64,000 nucleotides of DNA from Takakia lepidozioides (taxonomy: Eukaryota; Plantae; Bryophyta), in NCBI GenBank assembly GCA_030704615.1, contig CM060732.1, forward strand, positions 38,626,001-38,690,000. The letters run 5' to 3'. The translations under genes and the position numbers were made by a program. A model generated the notes under the pieces. It did not search any database, was not told the origin of the DNA, and saw only the letters and a list, made by a program, of their open reading frames with translations. This document shows, piece by piece, positions 12,563 to 24,022 of the stretch (its first letter is position 1; each line of letters begins with the position of its first letter).

Positions 12563-13530
12563 TACAGGTCATTACACTAGTGACAGCAGTAGCCAGGCTT
12601 CAAGGGAGACTTACATGTACATGATGTCCTTACTAAACACTCAAGGATCATCACACGAGATATGTAACCAGTGCCAACAGCAGCCAGCGGTCAGTTAGCA
12701 GATTTGCTATACAGGAAGAGCATATAGGGAGCTGAGCGGCAGAGGAATAGAAACTTATGTATTCAGGATTTTGTGTGGCCTTTCTGGCCAGAAGGCTTGG
12801 GGGATGGAGAGGAGCGTACTCTTGGTCTATTGAGGGCTTGGAAATATGTTCTTCTGAGTCTGCAACTAGACAATCAGCAGTCCCTTTTTCTGAAGGTTCA
12901 ACTGCGAAGTGCTCATTTTGTGAAGGCCTATGCATTTGTCTCAGAAAGTATTTGATGGTCTCATCTTCCTGCTTGCAATGATAGACAACCATTCAGTATC
13001 CAACCATGCCTCCAGCCATTCTTGAAGAGTTCCCACCAAAAACAGCTCCGTCATGTGAACTGTCACTCATTCATGTGAATTGTCAGCGATCCCTTAGCAT
13101 GAAAGACAAGCTCACAAACTATAGGGGATGCTTTATATATGTTGGGTAAAGGTCCTCTGCAAGCCAAAACAAGGACGATCAGGTTGTCAATCAATCTGGC
13201 TTGAAGAAGTCAAAGATGAGAGTATTTCCGCACTGTATTGCATATGACTGTGGTTACCAGATCGTAAATCAAAGAGATAATTTTCCTACCAAAAGATAGC
13301 ATCCATAAGATCCAACTTATTACAAAGCATGTTGCCCACTACTCCACCCATTGAGGGCAATGGATGATTGAAGGCCTGGTTACACACAGTCAAGGAATCT
13401 TTGAAAATTTTCAAAAATATTGAGACCAAAGTGATGGATTCATAGACAAAATATTTCAAAACCTTATTGATCTGATCTATATGAAAGAATCGGTAAAGGC
13501 AATTCTGTCAATGATGAATTGTTCTGTGTT

Positions 13531-16056
13531 TCACCAGTAATCCCTGCAAGAACAAACTCCATCTTCAAAATGGTGGAAGCGGCTCCCGTCCCTTACAATA
13601 ATTCCTCGCCCAACAATCTTTGAGATGAATTTGGTGGCAGTGTGGCAATCACCACACACCCGAAGATTCTTGATGATGCGGATAGGAGTCCCAGGGGGCG
13701 TGCTGATAAGGCCAAAAGCGATGGCCAGCTTCTCACTGTGGTGGCAAAGAGAAGATTCCTTTTGCTCCTCCTCCAAATCATGCAAGACAAAGCGCGTGTC
13801 TGGCACATATCCAACCTCCCTCATCTGCCCAGACAAATTTTCCAGCTTGGCATGGATTTCCTCAATTTGTGGATGTGATCTATCTTCTACCACGAACATA
13901 TGCACCTGGTTGTCCACCTCAATGGAGCTACAACCTGGCTCCTTTTTAACACTTCTGTCCTCCATCAGTCTTCTAATCTTTGCTGCATCATCCCACCTTC
14001 CAGCCGCAGCATAAATGTTTGATAGTAGCACATAAGCTGCAGGGTGCTGTGGATCCCACTTCAGAACACATTTTGCAGCACATTCTGCGAGCTCCGCATT
14101 ACCATGAACTCTGCAAGCACCAAGCAACGCCCGCCAGACTAAAGCATCTGGTTCAATCGGCATTCTGTGAATGAAGTCCACTGCCTCATCCAATCGCCCA
14201 GCACGGCCAAGAAGGTCCACCATGCAGCCAAAATGCTCCACACCAGGTGTGAGGCTATGATCTCGACTCATCGAATCAAAGTAGTGCTGTCCTTCCTCCA
14301 CTAGGCCTGCGTGGCTACACGCTGACAGAAGTGATATAAAGGTGATTCTAGTCGGCTCCAAGCCTTCCTGTTTCATTTGTTCAAACAGTTCTGGGGCCTC
14401 CCTACCATAGCCATGCTGAGCATATCCTGCCATCATTGTACTCCATGACACTACATCTCGTTTCACCATATTGTTGAACACTTGACGTGAATCTTTCATG
14501 CTCCCACATTTTGCATACATGTCAACAAGGGTATTCTCCAAATTTATGTAGAACCCAATTCCAGCTTTGATAATGTCAAGATGTACCTGCTTGCCCCTTT
14601 CCAGTGCTCCTAGGCTGGCACAGGCATTCAGAATGCAAATGAATGTGACCCTGTCCGGTCTCACGCCTTCCCCTTGCATTTGGTCATAGATTTTAACAGC
14701 CTCCCTACCACACTCATGCTGGGTGTACCCTGTGATCATTGCACTCCATGAGACCACATCTCGTTCAGCCATATTATTGAACACCTGACGTGCATCCTTC
14801 AAGCTCCCACATTTTGTATACATACCAAGAAGAGCAGTCTCCAAAACCGTTTCTAATGCAATATTAGCTTTGACGATTTCAGCATGAACCTGCTTGCCCT
14901 TTTCCAAGGCTCCTATGCTTGCACATGCATTCAGAATGCAAATAAAAGTCACTCTAGTGGGTGTCACCCCTTCCTGTCGCATTTGCTCATAAATCTTCAA
15001 TGCCTCCCCACCACATTCAGATTGGGCATATCCTGCTATCATGGCATTCCATGAGACTACATTTCGTTTAACCATACCATCAAACATTTCACGTGCATCC
15101 TTTACACTGCCGCATTTGGCGTACATGTCAACAAGAGCTGTTTCCAAAACTACATCTGATGTTACTCCAGCTTTGATGGTGTCCGCATGGATCAGCTTGC
15201 CCTTTTCCAGGGATCCTAGGCCAGAGCATGCATTGAGAATGCAAACGAACGTTACCCTGTCAGGTGTAATTCCTTCCTGTTGCATTTGCTCATAGACTTT
15301 GAGAGCCTCTGTTCCATATCCATGCTGGGCATATCCTGCGATCATGGAGTTCCAGGAGATCACGTTGCGTTTAGCCATTTTGTCAAATACTTGACGTGCA
15401 TCCTTTATGCTCCCACATTTGGCATACATGTCGACAAGACTATTCTCCAGATTTACGTATGAGAATATCCCAGCTTTGATGATGTCAGCATGAACATCTT
15501 TTCCCTTCCCAAGGGCTCTTAGGTTGGCACATACATTGAGAATGCAAATGAACAACACATTGTCCGGCATCACCCCTTCCTGTTTCATTTGCTCATACAT
15601 TTTGAAAGCCTCCTCAGCATGCCCATGCTTGGAATATCCTGCCATCATCATAGTCCATGTAAACAAATTCCGTTCAGGCATTTTGTCAAATACTTGGCGT
15701 GCATCCGCCATGCTCCCACACTTGGCATACATGTTAATAAGATTGTTGACTAGAAACATATCTGGCTTGAATCCACTATGGATAATGTGGGCATGCACTT
15801 GCCTCCCCCCCATGAGGTCTTTCCTGTTGATGCAATCCTGCAAGAGATACAAATAAGTATCAGAGTTTGCCCGGATGCGTTGCTGGCTCAAAATGTGTAC
15901 CGCATTTTTCAGTTGTCCCGCATTACACAGCGTCCTCACATCTTTGTTGACTCCCATTCTTGGTATTCTTCCAGAAGAAGTGGTGATGCTGGAGGTGCTA
16001 TCTATGCTGCAAGTCTGACATTCAACAACCAACTGTTGTTGATTCAACCCTGTCAT
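13531..16056 (-). CDS. PLS-class PPR protein with E1-E2-DYW (PG-type) deaminase domain; organellar C-to-U editing factor
   Basis: 17 PPR motifs in L-S-P triplets ending P2-L2-S2; PG box PGCSSIE, HSEKLA, CGDCH, C-terminal DYW; uninterrupted ORF. The true N-terminus is uncertain. Confidence 0.95.
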   Translation of the reverse strand: MTGLNQQQLVVECQTCSIDSTSSITTSSGRIPRMGVNKDVRTLCNAGQLKNAVHILSQQRIRANSDTYLYLLQDCINRKDLMGGRQVHAHIIHSGFKPDMFLVNNLINMYAKCGSMADARQVFDKMPERNLFTWTMMMAGYSKHGHAEEAFKMYEQMKQEGVMPDNVLFICILNVCANLRALGKGKDVHADIIKAGIFSYVNLENSLVDMYAKCGSIKDARQVFDKMAKRNVISWNSMIAGYAQHGYGTEALKVYEQMQQEGITPDRVTFVCILNACSGLGSLEKGKLIHADTIKAGVTSDVVLETALVDMYAKCGSVKDAREMFDGMVKRNVVSWNAMIAGYAQSECGGEALKIYEQMRQEGVTPTRVTFICILNACASIGALEKGKQVHAEIVKANIALETVLETALLGMYTKCGSLKDARQVFNNMAERDVVSWSAMITGYTQHECGREAVKIYDQMQGEGVRPDRVTFICILNACASLGALERGKQVHLDIIKAGIGFYINLENTLVDMYAKCGSMKDSRQVFNNMVKRDVVSWSTMMAGYAQHGYGREAPELFEQMKQEGLEPTRITFISLLSACSHAGLVEEGQHYFDSMSRDHSLTPGVEHFGCMVDLLGRAGRLDEAVDFIHRMPIEPDALVWRALLGACRVHGNAELAECAAKCVLKWDPQHPAAYVLLSNIYAAAGRWDDAAKIRRLMEDRSVKKEPGCSSIEVDNQVHMFVVEDRSHPQIEEIHAKLENLSGQMREVGYVPDTRFVLHDLEEEQKESSLCHHSEKLAIAFGLISTPPGTPIRIIKNLRVCGDCHTATKFISKIVGRGIIVRDGSRFHHFEDGVCSCRDYW

Positions 16057-17592
16057 CCTGTGTGATGCAAAACGCTAAGTTACAATCCTTTGAAGATTCA
16101 CATAATATGCTCCTACACGCTTCAAAGAAAGGTTTCCTCGTGATAACAGTAACTGTGAGAATGCCAGCTTTTGAGTAGAGGGACCCAATGTTTTGAACAC
16201 AATTGTACCTGTTATAATTTTGGCCCAGACTCCCATAGTGTAGATCGACAAAAAAACAATCTTGAATCATGCCAGCTAGCATTGCTTTCACCCGACAGGA
16301 GTTCGACCAACTGTAAATCCAAGGGACTTCCGCTGTGCGCCTATGTCTGAGATCTGGTGCTCTTGGATTTTGCTGTGAAAATCAGGGAGTGTGCCAGCTG
16401 AGCAGCCGCAGCTTCAACCACAGCATCATTTAGAGCAGGCTGCAACCACAACAGCTCCCAAGCATCTTTCAAATAACAGCAAACACCCTTGAACAACCTA
16501 CTTTAAGCTCTGAACCTACTGCCAACAGTAAGCACAGCATTTGCTGCTTTTCTACAATTGTTGAGCACAATTGTCTGTGATTTAGGCAACTAGAGCTACA
16601 TTCCAGTCCCCAAGCATAATCATGTAACTCCAGTCACAAGCCCTCCTTCACTCTTTCACGTCCTCAATGAAGATATCCTCACCTTTCTCAATCTGTTGTC
16701 CCACCACTGGGCAGGATCTAAGAAGGACTCCTGACCCTTGTGTCCTTCTATCTGAGGGAAAGAGAGGATGTATGGACTCAACGCCCCACTTGATGACCAC
16801 AGAAGTTACATCTTCCTCAACGCAGAAGGTGGTCCCAGAGCGCCGTGCAGATTGCTCTGAAAACTTGCGGATTATGTCTAGCGACTTCGCAGATTGCTTC
16901 CCTGCAAATAAACCATTCCACACGCAGGGCTCATTACTCTATAACGATGAATTAAAGAGTGACAAGAAAGAGAACCCCGGTCAAGCTGTGAAGGTGAACC
17001 AAATACCCCCACCACACTTTTGAAGCACACCATAGCCGTACCAGCAAATGTCCCACTTACACAAAGACTTGCTCGTTCCTTTTCCTTTTGATCTCATCGG
17101 GCCTGCGCAGCTCATGGGTTCTCTCTCCTTCCCCGCACCCTTCCTAATTCAAGTATTTCTGCTTTCTCGTTATTGTTTTTCTCTTGCCAATTATTCTTGT
17201 TCTCGCTCTCGCTTCACTCTTCACTTCACTGTACACTGTGCTTGCAGGGCTCTGCCGGGAGTCCTTCCCGCCACGCTCCTGCCCCACTCCTGCCCACCAG
17301 GTCTGATGAGACTTCAGCCCGAGCTTCCATAGCCCTCGTGCACAGCTGACGTAATGTTATGATGTTGTCGACGTTTTTGTAGTATAGAAGGATTCTAAAG
17401 GAGTTCGTTGAAGGAGGCGGCTTTGGAACCATGTGCCTGATGTTTCCCGCCCATCTTCTTTCGGAGCTTTGTAGTCCTTAATTGGAGATTTTGTTTAGTA
17501 CAATTACCGTAAGATAGTAAAACGTTGCTCCCCATCAATCATCAGTATCTCACGCTCACTCGTGGCCACAGCGTTTTGGGAAGGTAGGTAAG

Positions 17593-18338
17593 ATGGAGGC
17601 TATAACGGGGAGCGAAGTGGGAGTGGGAGTGGGAGCTCTACTTTTTGCTGCTGCCATGGCTGCGCCCAAAGTAGACTGCTTCATTGCGGTGCTCTTGCAT
17701 TGAGTGCATTGTACTGAGTGTCATCCAAGTCAGTTAAATTTGTCCCTCGTGTGTGCACGAGGCATGGATTGGGTGTAGTTGGTAAGCTTACGTCATTGGT
17801 TAGGATATTCACGAGATTAAAAAGATGAGGAGGAAGAATCAGTGAAGTGTCGAAATTGTGAGCACGAATGAGCGAGCATGAACATGAATTTCCAGGCATG
17901 ACTGGAACACAAGACTGTATCAGATGAGTGGACCTGATCAATTGATTGATTGGACACTGCAGGACGTTGAGACTTGAGACTGTGTGAGTAGTGTGGCGGA
18001 ACAACAAAACTCCCATGTTAGAAATGCTAAGGACGAGGGCAACTCAAACAGGATCTATTCTGTTCATCTTTTCAGAGCCGAATCTCAGACCCCCTTGAGG
18101 ACATTTCATGTCATGTTTGCCAAGGCAGAGCCAGCTGCCTTGCCCTACCTGCGGTGGGGTTAAAGCCGGGAGGTGGGTATGGAAAGCTTTGTCTCAGGTG
18201 AAGTTCATACTGGTGAAAACACCCAGCCTTGCCTTTGGCAAAATCTCCTGCTACATGACGGGAAATCTGGCATTCCAAGCAGCTATGTGTTTCCCATGGG
18301 AGTTGCTGCTCCCATGCGCGGCTGGCCATTCAACATGA
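17593..18338 (+). pseudogene. Pseudogene of a small DnaJ-type zinc-finger (CxxCxGxG) protein with N-terminal TM
   Basis: Exon 1 MEAITGSEVGVGVGALLFAAAMAAPKVDCFIA. Exon 2 from 17963: LCE*CGG..LPC*KC*GRG...SCHVCQGR(fs)QLPCPTCGG. Lesions: three stops, a 7-bp TTGAGAC duplication and a 1-nt deletion. 3' end approximate. Confidence 0.75.
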
Positions 18339-19110
18339 TCAATTCAAACATGTTAGAAAGTGGAAAATGATCATGATGTCACTCTTGTAATTTGCATGAT
18401 AGATGGAAAGAAGAACGGCACAGAACAAAATTTCAGGAAGAGAACTAGGAACAACAGAGGGAGTTGATTCCCCTTTCCATGGAGAACGCAGCCAGCCTCT
18501 CTTGTAAGTGCACGACCAGAGACAGAGAGACATGCTGTTCAACGAAGAATACGACAACCCACCATGTACTTTTCTGGATGTTGCTACAAACCAGCTATAC
18601 TACAATATATGCTGTCTTCCAGTTACTCTCCCTTTTTCAAGTTAGGAGATCTGAGTCTATCCCAGTACCTCAATTTCTCTCCATCAAACACATCCAGGAT
18701 AGACTAGTGCTCAGCCAATAGTAGGTGCTTCTCTCCATCAAACACTCTCACTCTATCTCACAAGTCTGCTGTCCAGACTTAATTTTATTGATCCTTGGCC
18801 GAGAGACGTCTTCTCCATTTAACACTTATTGTGAGCCTCTGGCTTGCTTGTTTTATATTATTGCTATCAAATATCTCTACTTCACCATTCATAACCTCAA
18901 GTCTAGCAGCAGTGGACCCAACTGTGAAGTCGATTTTACTTTCTGAACACCAGCTGTGCAGTTTTGACTAATCTCAACAGCCTCCGCTTCGTCAAGCAAT
19001 TTCCTGGTGAAGAGCTTGGACTGATGCTGTGAGTTTGTGTTCGGATAGACATTCAAAAATACCTTTTCGCCAGCGTTGGGGCTTTACCTTGCCAAATCTC
19101 TAAAAGGAGC

Positions 19111-21054
19111 TTAAGAAAAAACACCAAAAATATCATAGAGTTTGGTAGATCTAGTACTAGTGATGTCTGAATATGATTTAGACTCTGGGTATGATCGATA
19201 GGATGCATTATAATTAGACAGCCCATATACTGAATCCCCATCTCTGGAACATGAAGGCTGTGCATATGACAATTCAGAAGAGGACCTAAATACAGGATCT
19301 TCCCTCTGAGAAGCTGATTTGTATGAAGAGGCAGCTTGAGTATACGAAGATGTGTACAAAGATCCATATGCAGGTGGTTGCACATATGAATAAGCGGAGT
19401 ACACAGGTTCCATGTAGGATGAATTTGAAGGTTGTGAATGTAACGACTCTGTGGAGTGTCTAGATTCAAATGGGTTGTCAAAGAAGGACAAAGGGGTAAC
19501 ATATGGAAAGGTACTGTATGCCGATTCTTGATGCTCAATGTCACCGTTGCTCTCCTGATCTGCTGGTGCGTTTGTACCAGTGTCAGGTTCCTCCACTTGG
19601 TCTTGGTTTTCCAGTTGTGTGTTCAGCTCCAGCTCGGCTGGCTCGACGGTGTTCTCAGAAGCGTCTTGGCCCTGCTCATCAGCTGGGTTTTGCTCTTCGA
19701 GTGATGGTTCAGCTTCAGTCGGTGGGCTCAATTCAGCTGTTGCTTGTTGGGTCTCCTCACCAGCAAAACGTGCCCTCCGTTCCTCTGAGAGCCACTCTGC
19801 AAATCTGTTAAATACCGATATTCAGGGCAGACAGATGATGATTGTATTTGGAGGAGCAAGTGACAGTGCCAACATGACCAAGAATTTCAGTTACGAGAAG
19901 ATGTTCTGCAAGACACACCTAGGAGCAGAACACATGGCTTCTGTCCAGTCCTGGCATACTTCTCTGTCACATAGTATTGGTACATTGCATGGCTGTTTTG
20001 AAAAGAAAGACATGAAAAAGCGCGATGCCATTCTAGTTGGATACTCAACCACCATTGAAATTATCACAGTTTCCGTACCTGTGAATGGCATCTCGGTTTG
20101 TACCCGCATGGGGAATTGCCTCTAGCTTGCCAGTCTCAAAGTTGCGTTCTGAGACTGGTTCATCAAGAAGGCCTTTCCCTGTGGCAATCAGCTTCCACAA
20201 GTTTGATGGTGAAGAGTCATCTATTGGCGCTGCATCTCCAGGAGCGGTCTCCGTCTAGACACGTGTTCAAAAAATAAAGTTAGACTTAGGCATGGCAATG
20301 AAAGCTCACACTCAGACAATGCCCCACTACGGAAGTGTTGGGGATTAGGGAGATAGCCGGCCTTGGCTTTTGTCCAAAATTTGATATACTTAGCAGCTTG
20401 GTAAATTGAGTCATGAATAGCTCCCACATTATAAGAAGGATGGAGGAAACTTAAGGTTGAGAGATTTTCTTAGGAAATGGGAAGTTTCAGACCTTATCTC
20501 TGTAACTATGAAATAGTCTCGATGAGGATGCCACTGAGGCTATACTTTTTACTGCTATTCATTGCACATGGAATTCAAGCGCCAGCATTTTGAGATTTCT
20601 TTGGTGGAATATTTCGTTGGAGGGTGTATACCTGGATCCGAAGATAGTTGTGTTGTGAATCTTGAGACCTGAAGATGATGGAGAGGTTGTAGTCTACCAT
20701 ATCAGCACTCGCATTAAACACCATATCAACTAAGGGAGCCTCTCCTTTGTAGGCCATCCAGCCTACCACACCCCATTTGCCCACTTGCTTTGCATCATAG
20801 CACTGCATCTGCTGTCCCGTGCCAAGGGAGAGCACCAAAAGGTCCTCATAGCCCTAGGGAAAGTGAACAAAGCAGTGCCACTTCATTGGTTCCAGTGAAA
20901 CAACCCCCTATCTCTATATCGTTACAGAACTGACCTTGTAGTTTCTCCCTTTTGTTTTGTTATTTATGTGTCTTGTCTCATAACATACACAGATCTATCT
21001 GCGTCATGTGGGCAATACAAAGTTTGACTCTTTGTTTCTTAAACACCTCTCTCC

Positions 21055-21087
<33 letters not shown>

Positions 21088-24022
21088 AACAGGTCGATTG
21101 ATTCAGAGTCCACATGGGGAGACAATAGCTGCATCATGCAAGAAGTGGGACAGAATATCATTTCTTTTTCTCTCCGTGTACTGTGAGATGCCTACAAAAT
21201 GCCATTTCCTCTAAACAGTGGATCTGGCTGTGCAACGACAGCCATGATACACCTGCATTAGGGTAGATGGCTACAGCAGCAGTGCTTGAAGCAAAGCCAT
21301 GCTATCTTGCATGTCATCAATACCTTGTGTAACTGGACTGCGTCAGCTGTGCAGCACCAAAGAAATTTTAGCCCAAGTAGGATATACTAAATTAAAATGC
21401 AGGACCAGTACTAGAGGGCTCGGTACCCCTCTTTCTCTCTCAAGGACCAGTGAGCCCCTTTCATAGAGTGTGTCTGAGTCTACATGCAGCAGGGACAGAG
21501 ACAAAGAGCCACACCCTGTACTCTAAGCTCGTGACCCCAAAAACCCCAATGTCAGTCAGGTCCAACTTGATTGAGGCTTTAAGTTACTTCGAGGAAACAG
21601 CAGACTTGGGAGATTTAGAGAGAGGAAATCAAACATTTCTGACTTTGCATAGCTTTGAAGCAAAGGGCACCCAAAAATAGTCACATTACTAACCCCATAA
21701 TCAACTCTGCCTGAGCAAGCACCACCTGACTCAACTTCCTTAATTGCCTCAGTGATTGCCACGTATGTCTGTCATATACACACACACCCATGTAACAGTC
21801 AGAGCCCAAAAGAATGCACCATGAGACAGTGTTTACTGTAGCCTTGTGACATAGATCTGCACCCAGTTTGGGCAAACAAGAGGAACAGACACTACCTTGA
21901 GGGGCTCACTCCATTAGGGGAAACCTTGGTATAAATAATTGGATTGGTTGGGCATTCCAGATTTCCTGTAGAAATCCCTCAGTTCACACAAGCATCAAAT
22001 CTGCTGAGTGTGAGCTGCCCAGCAATTAGACCCCAACAGGCCCAGGGCTTTAGGCTCAGCTTCAAGATTTTGAAAGTTGGTGGACAGAGGTGGAGGGACT
22101 ATGTTCTTGATGGTTCTGAAGAGGGTCGCTCTCTAACGAGGACACCCCGCACATTGTATCAGAAAATGGATATTGTCTTCAGGCCGCCCCGCACATTGGG
22201 CATTGACAATCTCCCTTTCCTCTCTGCATCTGGTTTTTTGTTCAAAGGTAGACTCGGCCCCCTGGTTTGAAATTCAGTCTATTCCCAAGGGTTGGTAAAC
22301 TGGAAACAAGTTTAGGGAAGTTTTATGCCTGACAAAAGAATGTATTCCTGAGACGTTTGGCTGTAGCCTTGTGGCTATGCAATGTTTTGTACATAACAAA
22401 GAGAAAGGTAGAGAGAAATGGAAAGTTCTCAGAAATGTAGTCCTCAATTTGAACTCTAGCTAGTGAGAAGAAAAAATGTTGGTTAAGAAGAAAGAGGACT
22501 CCTCCCAGAGAAAGCCTAATTTATAGTGTCTCTTCATCCCCAAGGAATACTGCCCTCCGTTGGAAGGTGGACACTTTGAGCCCACCTAGGTTATGCACAG
22601 GAAAGGCACAAACACCCAAGCATTGGACTACCTGCTCTAGTGCCATGTGGGTTAACAGTATTAGTGAACCTACAGGATTGTTGACGGCAATTCCTCCATC
22701 AATCATGTGGTACTCTCGACTGACTGGCGGACTCTTCGTTGTGTCCGACACCGTGAATTCAACGGGAGGAAAATAAGTAGGAGCGGCTGATGTAGCTCGA
22801 CACACATGTTTCATAGTCGCATTATCAAGATGGTCGTGTTTCGCCTGAAGATAAAATTCAATCAGTCATCGTCGCAATGATACTAAATGAAAAGGTTGCG
22901 AATCAATTCAATCTCTACATGCACTACTTGAGTTCAAATGGTGGAACCAACGGCGTGTAAGAGAGGGAGAAGGAGGGATACCTTCCACGATGAGAAGAAA
23001 ACAGGCTGCTGGATCCTGATATCGAAAGATGGAATGATAACGGAAGTGAGTGTGCTCTCCAAGCGGTCGTCGTCACTAAAGTACTGCGATAGCACGCCAT
23101 CGAGACCTCTGGCTTTGTACTTTGGGCCGGTGAGTGCTGACAGATTTTTCCGGATTTGGGCAAAGGGACCCCTATTGAAGTCATCCCACTATCTCGACTC
23201 AAAAAGTGACTCGTATTGAGATTTCAGAGCAAATGCGCACTACTCAGAAACCCTTCAAGAACCTTATAGTGACACGGGCTTCTTCGTCGAACAATGTAAC
23301 TCCAGATAAGAGTGAGACGAACTGTTGAAATAGTTAGATTTTCTCAACAGGTGTAGAGGTGAGGATTTTTCTTTGTGGTTGACATACATCCAATGATCTT
23401 GGACTTCAGATCGTTTCTTCTATCCACATGCTGTCTAATAAAGAACACAGATCGGGGACTTCAGCTGAAAGCCATACCTGGCTTGTGGGAATATTTGACT
23501 GGCATATTTCTTGTAGAATTGAATCACTTCCCGAGCACTGCACAGTGGCCGTTTTGAGTTCTGTTTGCTTGGGGCGGCAATCATGGCAGTAATTAGACCT
23601 CCCGTGCTGGTGCCCGCAATGAGATCAAAGTAGTCCACCAGTCTCACGTCCGGTCCATCCAAACGCTGCTCAACAGGAAAACATCTTTCAGTCAAGGGAA
23701 GACATCCTGCTTAGGTCCTGCTTCTACCAATTACCCACGGGTAGATATGGATGCACCCATTCAGTACCTGCAGCCTGGCTTCAAGCTCTTCCAGAATGAT
23801 CGCAGGGATGAGGCCTCGCACCCCTCCCCCATCGATGCTCAAAATTGTAATCCGCCGGCCTTTGTCTCCGCCCGGCTTAAGCTGTTCAAATGATGTCGGC
23901 ATACTTACCCTCTTGCGAGAGGGAGAGATTGGTGTGGAAGGGGGTGATGGGGGAGGCAGAGAGAAGCAGACCGACAGAAATCCTCCTTCTAAGTACTGTG
24001 AGGTCCTTGATCTCTCCGTCAT
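19111..24022 (-). CDS. Patatin-like phospholipase A (pPLA-II-like), 656 aa with long C-terminal extension
   Basis: Eight phase-consistent exons: 24022-23768, 23665-23478, 23171-22982, 22844-22674, 21768-21694, 20853-20632, 20254-20079, 19804-19111. Motifs [31 protein letters not shown] and YLRIQ are intact. Confidence 0.92.
21820..22380 (-). mobile_element. Diverged 3' fragments of the RTE/RTEX-like LINE in patatin intron 4
   Basis: Similar to the LINE 3' region (GTAGCCTTGTG terminal motif twice; zinc-knuckle-region homology). Confidence 0.7.

Noticed and set aside
17989-18030. U-to-C editing rescuing the three stops
   Set aside because: The gene is nuclear and also has two frameshifts; a pseudogene is the simpler explanation.
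22845-22981. Patatin intron 3 donor GTATCCCT as a second U12 intron
   Set aside because: No TCCTTAAC-like branch site before the acceptor, which is a normal TTTTATCTTCAG.
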